DNA of 63,941 bases, counting the filler, from Barthelona sp. PAP020 (lineage: Eukaryota): NCBI GenBank assembly GCA_040182905.1. It is 4 parts of 4 records of this genome, joined end to end, with 100 filler letters (N's around TTAATTAATTAA, not from the genome) between each part and the next. Parts side by side here need not be neighbours in the genome. Positions count along the whole stretch, not along the records: positions 16,430 to 32,562 come from JARQWU010000265.1; 3 more parts are not named here. One strand, 5' to 3'. Shown in pieces: positions 20,079-29,198 of the stretch (position 1 is its first letter; each line of letters begins with the position of its first letter). The notes beneath the pieces were generated by a model that searched no databases, was not told the origin of the DNA, and saw only the letters and a list, made by a program, of their open reading frames with translations. A program made the translations under genes and the position numbers.

Positions 20079-20699
20079 CTAAATGGAAAAATTGTCAAGA
20101 TCAATAAAAGAAAAATCATTGTTTCTGAAACTGAGAAAATCTTTTGTCATATCTTGTAAACCATAGTAAAAAGGACCTTTAAACCGCATAGCCAACGAAT
20201 CATAACTTTGAAGTGGTAAATAACTTCCTGGACCACTTCCCAAAGCAAAAGGTTGATTAAAGTCAAACAACATTTCAGAAAGCGTTTTATCATTTAATAT
20301 TTTACGAACATTTTTAATATTTGGATGATTTGTTTCAATAAATTCAATTATCTCAATAAAATTCAAAAATTTATTATCCCTATATAATTGATCTCTGGAC
20401 AAAAATGCAATATTCGAAAGAAAATATGGTTTTAACAAATCTTTAACGATCATTTGAGAATATTTATCAATATCCAAAATGATAGGACAAATTGAATGTA
20501 AAAGAATCAATATAATTTGTTTTTGTTCGTTTGAAAGTTCATATAATTCATCATAGGATATACATATAGGATTTAAAGAATTATATTTCATATTCCTAAC
20601 AAAATGAGATGAAAAATCCAATTTGTTATTAAATTGTAATGGCTTTTTTCTATTGAAATATAAATTTAAAACATTTGAAACAATATCTTCAATGGTCAT
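20079..20699 (-). CDS. Hypothetical protein
   Basis: 206-aa ATG ORF, head-to-head with IFT74. Confidence 0.65.
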   Translation of the reverse strand: MTIEDIVSNVLNLYFNRKKPLQFNNKLDFSSHFVRNMKYNSLNPICISYDELYELSNEQKQIILILLHSICPIILDIDKYSQMIVKDLLKPYFLSNIAFLSRDQLYRDNKFLNFIEIIEFIETNHPNIKNVRKILNDKTLSEMLFDFNQPFALGSGPGSYLPLQSYDSLAMRFKGPFYYGLQDMTKDFLSFRNNDFSFIDLDNFSI

Positions 20700-20762
20700 A
20701 TAAAAAATGGTAACAAATTACAACTTCAAATTTTTTTATTTTCAATTATTATTTAAGAAAAG

Positions 20763-22433
20763 ATGTCCATGGGATCACAAGTTGGTTTGAGACCAACTAG
20801 TTCTTCTAGAATGGTCACCAAAGCAGCTATCATGACGGGATCCAACCAAGTGAATATAACAGATCGTCCAATCACTGGATCTCAACATGGTATTTCTGGA
20901 TTACAAACTACAGGAGGAAAACGAACAGTTCTTGATCAAAATTATTACATTGGCCAATTACGAGAACAATTGCAGAATGTTAAAGGAGAAGCTCAAAGGA
21001 TTCAACAAAATGTTAATAACATTGAAAAAAATCAAAAAATAGTAACTAAACAAATAGAACGTAGAGATAATTTGGATGATCAAGTGAAAAAATTACAAGA
21101 ACAATTATCAATTGCTTTATTGTGTTTAGAAAGATTTCATAATACTGAACCTGATAAGTTACGTGAAGAAACTGAAGCAGTAAGAGTGAAATATGAAAAA
21201 ATAAGAGATGAAGTGGATACCATTTTTACAAAGAGAAGAAAAATCGAAAGTGATGCAGAACAAATTGAACAAGATGCTGATTTTATTCGTCAAAAGGCGG
21301 AAGAAAGTATTCTAAATCTCCCTGATGAAGAACGTATGAGATATCAAGTTCTACAAACCCGTGCCAAACAATTAAGAGCACAAGTTTTAACTTTGGAGAA
21401 AGAAATAGCAAAATTATCGTTGGAGAGTGAAAAAAAGCAAGAATCATTGTCTGGAAATGCATTATTTGGAACATATCAACAGTTAATTTTACAAATAGAA
21501 CATTATGAGTCTTTAGGAATACAAGAAGATTTAACGCCTAAAGAAGTAGCTGCAAAAATTCAACAAAAGGTTCAAGAAAAGTTCCAAAAGTTTAAAAATT
21601 TAAAAGAAGAGCAAAAAACTGTCAAAAGAGAAGTTGCAGAATTGCAAGCAAAAGTAAATACCCATAAGGAGCAAGGAGATTCATTAGGAGGGAAATTGGA
21701 AGAAATTAAGAATATGGAAAAACAATTGGATGAATTTATGGAGACTTATGAGTCTAAGAAAGTTCAACTGGAACAAAAGGTTGAGTTAACCAACTCAAAG
21801 ATATTAATTTTGCTTGAAAGTCGTACGGAATCGATTAATGAAGCAGAAGCCAATTCTAATGCTCTTGCTCAAAAAACAAGGGAAAAATTATCAAAGTTGA
21901 GATCAAAATTAAAAGAAAAAGATCAACAATTAGCAAGAGCTGAAGCCACTTACAATGAAATTTCTGTTGAATTGGAACAACAAAGAAAAACTTTGGAATC
22001 ATTGAATGATTTTGAAGCTAGATTAGATGCTGATTTGTTAACATTGGAAGCAGAAGTCGCAGAAGTCAGAGAAAAAGAAACTTCACAAGAAGTTACAGTG
22101 GAAGATTATCAAGTGGCACTTCAAGAGGCAAGAGAAGCCGTTATTGAAGCTAGTGTGTATGCTGATTTGTCAAAGATCAATTTAGAAACGAGACTCAAAC
22201 AATTAGAGATTGAACAAAACGACGTTGTCAATAAATTAACAAATTATCCTGCTCATCAAGAAATCAAAGGACTTTTTGATCAATTGAAGTATATCAAGGC
22301 CAAGACCTATCAATTGAGGTCTAAAGTCATTCAACAAGATTCTCAAACCAATTACCATGCTGTTGCTCATCAACTATTGGATAGATTAGAGCAATTAAAT
22401 GGTGAATTGCAGACTAAGTATTCAAGATTGTGA
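20763..22433 (+). CDS. IFT74: Intraflagellar transport protein 74
   Basis: Signature ITDRPIT..QHGISGLQT..KRTVLDQNYYIGQLR followed by a long coiled coil; C-terminal TNY motif. Confidence 0.88.
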   Translation: MSMGSQVGLRPTSSSRMVTKAAIMTGSNQVNITDRPITGSQHGISGLQTTGGKRTVLDQNYYIGQLREQLQNVKGEAQRIQQNVNNIEKNQKIVTKQIERRDNLDDQVKKLQEQLSIALLCLERFHNTEPDKLREETEAVRVKYEKIRDEVDTIFTKRRKIESDAEQIEQDADFIRQKAEESILNLPDEERMRYQVLQTRAKQLRAQVLTLEKEIAKLSLESEKKQESLSGNALFGTYQQLILQIEHYESLGIQEDLTPKEVAAKIQQKVQEKFQKFKNLKEEQKTVKREVAELQAKVNTHKEQGDSLGGKLEEIKNMEKQLDEFMETYESKKVQLEQKVELTNSKILILLESRTESINEAEANSNALAQKTREKLSKLRSKLKEKDQQLARAEATYNEISVELEQQRKTLESLNDFEARLDADLLTLEAEVAEVREKETSQEVTVEDYQVALQEAREAVIEASVYADLSKINLETRLKQLEIEQNDVVNKLTNYPAHQEIKGLFDQLKYIKAKTYQLRSKVIQQDSQTNYHAVAHQLLDRLEQLNGELQTKYSRL

Positions 22434-22676
22434 GCTCAAAGTTTTTTTGATATTTTTGCGTAGTTAACAACATGTTAAAACAATGTATATTTTAATTTTT
22501 CATTCATTTGTAAATTAGACTTTTGACACTTTCAAAAAAAAAAAATTTCTTTTTTTCAAAATTGAATTCTTTTAGGTATCATAACTTGTGAAATAGCCTC
22601 AAAAGCATCAAAAAGAACCAAAATAACTAAAAACAAAATTAACAACATTTATTCAAACAATTCACAATTCGAGCGT

Positions 22677-25600
22677 CTACAAACCTTTTAACAAGCCCAA
22701 AGCATCAGCAGCACTTTGTCTTACAGAAGGATTACTATCAGATAATCTTCGAATGATCTCTCCAATTACATGATCAACAGCAATTGTTTTCAACACATCG
22801 TCATCACAAGTTTTCAACATAAATGCAGCCAATAAAACACAATTGGACCTGAAGAAGACGAATTTTGATTTAGTAAAACTAATGATAGTCATCAAGTAAT
22901 TGTTAACGTTTTGAGGGAAGAAAACAACCAAACGTTTTGAAAAGCTTCTGGCCAAATCACTGAAAGAATGAGAATTATTTTTGATTGATGACTTTAATTT
23001 ATTGACAACTGCTTCATCATCAGAAATAACTTCAACAAAACTTTTCATGACTTTTGTGACAACACTGCTCATATTAGCATTGTCTGGATCATTCAATAAC
23101 AAAATGATGGCACATAAAGCATTATGTATATGCTGAATAATGACATTTTTGTTACTGGCAGTTACAAACAATGTTAAAATTTCAAATGCCTTGATTGCAC
23201 CATAACGAACATCACTATTTTCATGTTCCAATAATTTTTTTAAATTTTGAGCAATATTTGGAATTAATGGAGCCAATGGTAAAGGATTAGCAACGAAAAT
23301 TATTTTGCTAAGTGCTTCTAAGGTTTCAATGACAATCAGATCTTCATCATCCATTGTAGCCATCACAGAAGTAACAATAGATAAAGCTAAAGGATCGATC
23401 AATTGTTTGGGTAATTCGGCAATATTTCCAACACTAATCACAGCATGTAATCGAACATCTGCTAATTGGTCACTAATTAAGGATAAACTTCCACCCAATA
23501 TTGATTGTAACACATCAGAATGTTCATCACAACGTTTTATTAATTGAGAAAATGTAATTATTGTTGCTAATCTTTGACCATTGTAAGAAGAATTTAAATA
23601 TTCTGCAAGAGAATCATATAATTGTAAAGTATTTTCTTTATTCTGTGTTATAAACAAATAATCCAATGATTCGGTAATAATGTTTACCAAATCACAAGAG
23701 ATATCAATTTCTTTCTCCAATAAACTATTTAAACATTCTCCAATTCGATTCAATTCAAGTTCTTTTGAAACTGTTTCATTACTAATTTTTGTTTCTTGTT
23801 CGATTTCCATAATACAACCAATACGCATAAATAAAACTGCAACGATATCAAACCACAAACTTTCTCCTTTGATAACATCTAAATAGTTCATAGAATCATG
23901 CAAAGTTAAAGAATTGAATAGAATTCTGGTTAATCGAACAGAAGGTTCAAATGCAATTTTAACTGTAGTATTGTTATTCTTATTTAAAGTTTGTGTACTG
24001 AATTGACCAGAATGATTTAAAGAGTTCAATAAAAATTTGATAAAAATTCGTCCAAAACCTTTGGATTCTGTAATTTCTTTAAATAAATAATTAAATCCTT
24101 TGGTAAAAGGTAATTCTCTCACACTAAATAAATATTCCATTATAATTGTACGAATAGGACCTGATTTTTTTAAATGATTCATATCTTGAGGTATAATTTC
24201 ATTTTCACCAACATAAGACCATGCTATGATAGGAGAAATAATAATTTTAGCAAACAATGTATTGTTTGGAAATTTTTCAAATATTTCGTTCAAAACTTTC
24301 AAAAATTCATCAATAATTTGTTTTAAATAAGGTAATAACATTTCACCAGAATAAATTAAGATGGAAGTTAATAAAATACACATATGATGAGCATTTAACA
24401 AACAAATATTTTCATTGTCCAATAAAGTTTCGAAAGACATTGACTTTATCAAAGAAAAAGTAGTTCTTTTTAATTCTGCTTCATTTAAGATTAAAACAAA
24501 AACTTTACCCAATTGTCTAAGATTGCTAGCATAATCATGATTGTTTACTAAATCAATTGTATCTTTATACAATTCTTCTGAATGATAAAATAATTCAGGG
24601 ACAATTGTAACATTCTTATCAGGAATATTCAATCCATTAATAATGGAATCTATACGTTTCAGTAATTTCTTTTTATTTTGCTTTTGAATATCCTCTTGTT
24701 CTTGTTTTTGTTCAACATCTTCTTGATTTTGTTCTTTTTGTTGTTGTGATAATTTGATTTGAAGTTGTAATGTCATACGAACTATTTCAATAGCAGTTTT
24801 TTGTGCTTCAATACTATATTTTTCATCACCAATGGTGTTATCAATAGCACCAAAAAAGAAACGCATAGCAAATGTTAATAAGATAGATAATTGAGGAAAT
24901 CCTGATAATTTAGCCATAGAATTAGGTAATTGACTTAATATTTCAATAAAATGTTTGAAAACTTCATAAACAATAGGAACAACACGTACTTGTAAATCAA
25001 CACCAGTATTTCTCATCGAAAACACTAGAATCATTTCCAAAATCTCAGTAAACGCTACAATTGGTGATTGTTGTTCTAAATAAATCATGAAAGATTCAAC
25101 AATATAGGATTGAAACTTTTCTAATAATTCAGATTCTTCAGTTGTAACAAGAGTGTTGAATAAAAACTCAATCAATATTATCATATTTTGATTGGTTAAA
25201 CAAGGTGGTAAACGTGACAAGGAATTAATTGTTTTCAAAGCTTGTTCCCTAATCTGATCATCCTTTGTGATACTCATATATTCAAGTATGAAATCCAATA
25301 AAGGTAAACGACCTTTCAAAGATAACATAGAAACTTTATGTTTCTGCAATCTCAAAGGATTCAATGAATCAGAAAGCTCTTGTAAAGAAATAAATATAGC
25401 CAATAGCATGGTGGAATCAACCGGAGCAATTTTCTGTTGAATTTTTTTAACATTCTTGGGTCCTTCATTATTAACGGTGGTTTGAACAGAAAAATAAGAA
25501 TCAACATTTAATTGAACTGACAAATCAAATAATATGGGTGTAATACCATTTAAAATGGATGTAGGAACACGATTAACTAAAATAACAGGATTTGAATGAG

Positions 25601-28028
25601 TACATATTTGTCCAAAACTTCTAAATGCCGCATCAAATTGTTCTGTTTTATAAATGTTATTTGCTTTACCGAAGAACCCACTAGATTTACGTTGTTGATA
25701 CATTGAATCATCTTTAAACAATTCCAATGTAAAATCAACACAAATATCAAAGTGTTTTCTGGCTGATAAACCAACAAAAATTGAAAAAGCTTGTCTATCC
25801 ATATCAAATTTAAAATTTAAAATATTCCAGCATTTACTCAAAGAATTTCTTACAAATTCAGTGGAAGTAATATTATTAATACATATTCCAAGCAATTGTA
25901 AACATAAAGTTCTTTGAAATGAAGTATTTGCCACCTTTTCAATCAATTCAAAACAACCTTCAGCAATTTCCTTGCAAAACGCTTCATCTGCCAATTCAAT
26001 CAAAACATCAGATATTCCTAATAATATTCTTTGTTGCCATTGTACTAAACTCATGTTACCTTGTTGATCTGTCGACTCAAAATCTATATAATCTTCATCA
26101 ACTAGCAATCCTTTCTTTAAAGCTAGATCAAATTTTAAATTTGGTTCATACTCACAATTATTAGATATTCCAGCAGATTTTAAATATCCAACCAATTCAG
26201 CAATCTTTGGGGTCAAACAACTTTCCAAACCATCATGCATTACTGGGGCTAACATTGCTAAGAACAATAATAATCCTTTTGCAGCTTTATTCAAATCAGA
26301 ATCACCAAAATCATCATTGAAAAATTGAGGGTCACAAGCTAAAACAAGCAATTCAGCCAACAACATTCCAGGTGAGGGTAGATCTTTGTCAGTATCAAAA
26401 GGTATACGAATCAATTCTTCGTTCTCTTCCATCTCATTCTTTTCATTTTGTAAATAATACTTCAAAATTCCACTTAAAACTTTTGATTGAAACGATATAG
26501 AATTAAGCAATTTCCGATGTCTAAAAGTTTTTAAACAATTAGGATACAAAACATGTTTGGTTTCTTCAATAGCATTTCCAAAATTGTCAAATATTGTTTT
26601 TGCTTGCATTTGAGTGGCTAAAGCTAACGATTTTTCTGCCAATTGTAAAGTGTTCGGATCAACACTGATACATTCAACTAAAAAAAATATTAAGTCATAT
26701 GAACCTTCAAAATTTAGATAATCGTAAGCACCCAACTTTCCAATGATTTGAACGATATATTTTATCACCAATTGAGAATTTTTGGGATCCTTTGTTAAAG
26801 AACGTATAACCCCAACCAATGTTGCTTTTCGCCCTTGTAAAATAGAATCACACGTTCCAATCAAAGTATTTAGTAAAATTAATGCTGAACAACGAATCGT
26901 TTCATTTGAATCTCTTAATTTGTTCAAAAGAAAATCAATTACACTGTCAAGATGCCCATTAGCGATGGTTTCTGTCAATCGATGGGTTTCATTCAATAAA
27001 CGCATGATACCATTGATATCTTGACCTTTTGGATCTTCCAATAAAGGAAATAAAGGCTGCATAACATAATCAAATGTACATGCCAGTATATCATTTAACA
27101 CCATGACAAATGATGTAACTGCACAAGTAATTGATGCTTCACATAATCTTACTAATGCTGAAACCAAACACAATTTGTGGGACAAACTCTTTGCTTTTCG
27201 AATTAGAGATAAGAGGTCTTTACAGAAAGAAACTAAAACTCGCTCTATTTCTGATGCATTGATACACTGTAGAATGAAGCTCAAAGCTTCAGCAGACATG
27301 AAAGACACAGATGCAGTTTTAGATAACAGCCAATAGCTGCTAGATAAAACATCAAAAATACTCAATAATTCCGATGCATATGATTCAGCATTTTTAGAAT
27401 GTTGCACTAAAGCCTCAGCTATCTGTCTCAAACACCTAGCGAAGACCCAACGATAATTATCTTGTTTCAAACTTCCTAAAACAGGATTAAGTCTGGCAAA
27501 AACTTCATTAGCTCGAGTAACAAAGAATTCTCCATTTGTTTCTGCAAAATTGCCAATGGCATATACCAAAAAGAAAGGTGGAATTTCACCTGGTTGAACC
27601 AAGCTCAAAATATTATTCATCACTTCAGTGGGATACATTAAACTAAATGCAGCCAAACAGTTTGCACAAGGCTCTTGTAAATCAGATTGAATGGATTGAG
27701 ATTCTGTCAATTCATAACACAAGGTGACAATGATATTTTTACCCAAATTAGAGTTAATTTTTACCGAGATAGTTTCTAATAACTCAGTTGCAACCTTAAA
27801 TAATGCAACTTTATGTTCAATAGACAAAGAACAACTATTAATTTGATTGAATGAAGTAGATAAAACTAATTCAGGATGTATATTTCCAATAGATACCAAA
27901 CTTGCAATAATTTGATTCAAAACATTTTCATCTGTTTCTTTGGCACTTTCTACCAAGGAATGACAAATTTGATCTATCTTATTTCCAGTTCCAAGCACAC
28001 TGATAAACGGTTTCGAAGAATCAGACAT
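22677..28028 (-). CDS. MROH1: Maestro HEAT-like repeat protein (MROH1/HEATR7A/SGR6 family)
   Basis: 1783-aa HEAT protein with SLVSIGNIHPELVL, QPGEIPPFFLVYAIGNFA and C-terminal LSDSNPSVRQSAADALGLL. Confidence 0.8.
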   Translation of the reverse strand: MSDSSKPFISVLGTGNKIDQICHSLVESAKETDENVLNQIIASLVSIGNIHPELVLSTSFNQINSCSLSIEHKVALFKVATELLETISVKINSNLGKNIIVTLCYELTESQSIQSDLQEPCANCLAAFSLMYPTEVMNNILSLVQPGEIPPFFLVYAIGNFAETNGEFFVTRANEVFARLNPVLGSLKQDNYRWVFARCLRQIAEALVQHSKNAESYASELLSIFDVLSSSYWLLSKTASVSFMSAEALSFILQCINASEIERVLVSFCKDLLSLIRKAKSLSHKLCLVSALVRLCEASITCAVTSFVMVLNDILACTFDYVMQPLFPLLEDPKGQDINGIMRLLNETHRLTETIANGHLDSVIDFLLNKLRDSNETIRCSALILLNTLIGTCDSILQGRKATLVGVIRSLTKDPKNSQLVIKYIVQIIGKLGAYDYLNFEGSYDLIFFLVECISVDPNTLQLAEKSLALATQMQAKTIFDNFGNAIEETKHVLYPNCLKTFRHRKLLNSISFQSKVLSGILKYYLQNEKNEMEENEELIRIPFDTDKDLPSPGMLLAELLVLACDPQFFNDDFGDSDLNKAAKGLLLFLAMLAPVMHDGLESCLTPKIAELVGYLKSAGISNNCEYEPNLKFDLALKKGLLVDEDYIDFESTDQQGNMSLVQWQQRILLGISDVLIELADEAFCKEIAEGCFELIEKVANTSFQRTLCLQLLGICINNITSTEFVRNSLSKCWNILNFKFDMDRQAFSIFVGLSARKHFDICVDFTLELFKDDSMYQQRKSSGFFGKANNIYKTEQFDAAFRSFGQICTHSNPVILVNRVPTSILNGITPILFDLSVQLNVDSYFSVQTTVNNEGPKNVKKIQQKIAPVDSTMLLAIFISLQELSDSLNPLRLQKHKVSMLSLKGRLPLLDFILEYMSITKDDQIREQALKTINSLSRLPPCLTNQNMIILIEFLFNTLVTTEESELLEKFQSYIVESFMIYLEQQSPIVAFTEILEMILVFSMRNTGVDLQVRVVPIVYEVFKHFIEILSQLPNSMAKLSGFPQLSILLTFAMRFFFGAIDNTIGDEKYSIEAQKTAIEIVRMTLQLQIKLSQQQKEQNQEDVEQKQEQEDIQKQNKKKLLKRIDSIINGLNIPDKNVTIVPELFYHSEELYKDTIDLVNNHDYASNLRQLGKVFVLILNEAELKRTTFSLIKSMSFETLLDNENICLLNAHHMCILLTSILIYSGEMLLPYLKQIIDEFLKVLNEIFEKFPNNTLFAKIIISPIIAWSYVGENEIIPQDMNHLKKSGPIRTIIMEYLFSVRELPFTKGFNYLFKEITESKGFGRIFIKFLLNSLNHSGQFSTQTLNKNNNTTVKIAFEPSVRLTRILFNSLTLHDSMNYLDVIKGESLWFDIVAVLFMRIGCIMEIEQETKISNETVSKELELNRIGECLNSLLEKEIDISCDLVNIITESLDYLFITQNKENTLQLYDSLAEYLNSSYNGQRLATIITFSQLIKRCDEHSDVLQSILGGSLSLISDQLADVRLHAVISVGNIAELPKQLIDPLALSIVTSVMATMDDEDLIVIETLEALSKIIFVANPLPLAPLIPNIAQNLKKLLEHENSDVRYGAIKAFEILTLFVTASNKNVIIQHIHNALCAIILLLNDPDNANMSSVVTKVMKSFVEVISDDEAVVNKLKSSIKNNSHSFSDLARSFSKRLVVFFPQNVNNYLMTIISFTKSKFVFFRSNCVLLAAFMLKTCDDDVLKTIAVDHVIGEIIRRLSDSNPSVRQSAADALGLLKGL

Positions 28029-28286
28029 AATAGTCGAGAAATTAAAATTTGTTGGAAGAAAGGAATTTTTCCATTTTATTCAACGCATTTCAAAATGAAA
28101 TTTATCATTCATTTATTATTGAGATTATTTTATTCACAAAGGAATGCAAATAAACAAGAAATTTCACAAAAATAAAATACATCTAATTTACATTAATTCT
28201 CCTTTTTTTTTTATGACAGTAACATTTAATCAGAACAAAAAGAACTGCATCAAATCAAAATATATAACAAAAAAAAAAAAAAATAC

Positions 28287-28916
28287 TCAAAGTTCAGGTA
28301 AAGAATCTGGAAAATATTGCTGGACGACATTCAACGATTCAGAAACAGCATAAGATGATGAAAAAGAATGTGAAGCTCTTTGTACCTGTTCTTTCATGCG
28401 AATTAAAGTGTCTTGTAACATATCCGCAAATTCTAAATGCATTTGTTCAATCTTCTTTTTAAGACTTTCTATTTCCTCATTTTTCGATGCAATAATAGCA
28501 TCTTTATCACGAATCATGCTTTCTTTCTCAATTCTTGCCAATTCAAGTTTATCCTTCAAGTTGGCAACTTCTTCCTGTGATTGATTCAAATGAACAATCA
28601 ATTCCTCTTGTAAAGTTTTGTATTGACGTGTCATATTAGATGTAATATCAAATCTGTCTTGCCTTTCTTTGTCAAAATCGGAATGATAGGCCAAAAGTTG
28701 AGACCTTAATTGTCCTTGAGCAATTATTGCCTTGTTGGCAGTTTCCGTTTTTGTGGCAAGCAATCGTTCCAAAGATTCAATACGAGCATTAGCTTGTGCT
28801 AACTTACCTTGCAAAGAACTATCATCAACTTCTTTTGCTTTTTGTTAGTTAATTGTTTAACATAAAAATATTATACATGTGGGTCTTTTTTTGGCTGGTT
28901 TTTTTTTAACAGGCAT
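28287..28916 (-). CDS. CCDC153: Dynein regulatory complex subunit DRC12/CCDC153 (exons 28916-28877 and 28837-28287)
   Basis: FDITSNMTRQYKTLQEEL and EFADMLQDTL motifs. The N-terminus MPVKKKPAKKRPTSKEV is restored by removing a 39-nt intron. Confidence 0.8.
28838..28876 (-). other. Spliceosomal intron, 39 nt
   Basis: GTATAA...ACTAACAAAAAG; contains an in-frame stop. Confidence 0.85.
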
Positions 28917-29198
28917 TGAAATTCAAACAAAAAAATATAATGAAATGACTTTTTTTTGTATCATTGTCTTTTACAACAAAAAATATAAAAACAAAGGATT
29001 AATAAGGAACAGTTAAACTTCACAAAGAAAAAAAATTTAAAATCGGTCAATTCAAATTTTGAAAAGAACCATGCAAATGAATTTATTCAAACAAATGTTT
29101 AAAATGATCCAATAAAAAAAAGGAATTTGGGGAAAAAAACGATTTGATGTATCCCAAAATAAAACAAAAGAACTTTTTTTGTTATGTAATTCAATTTT

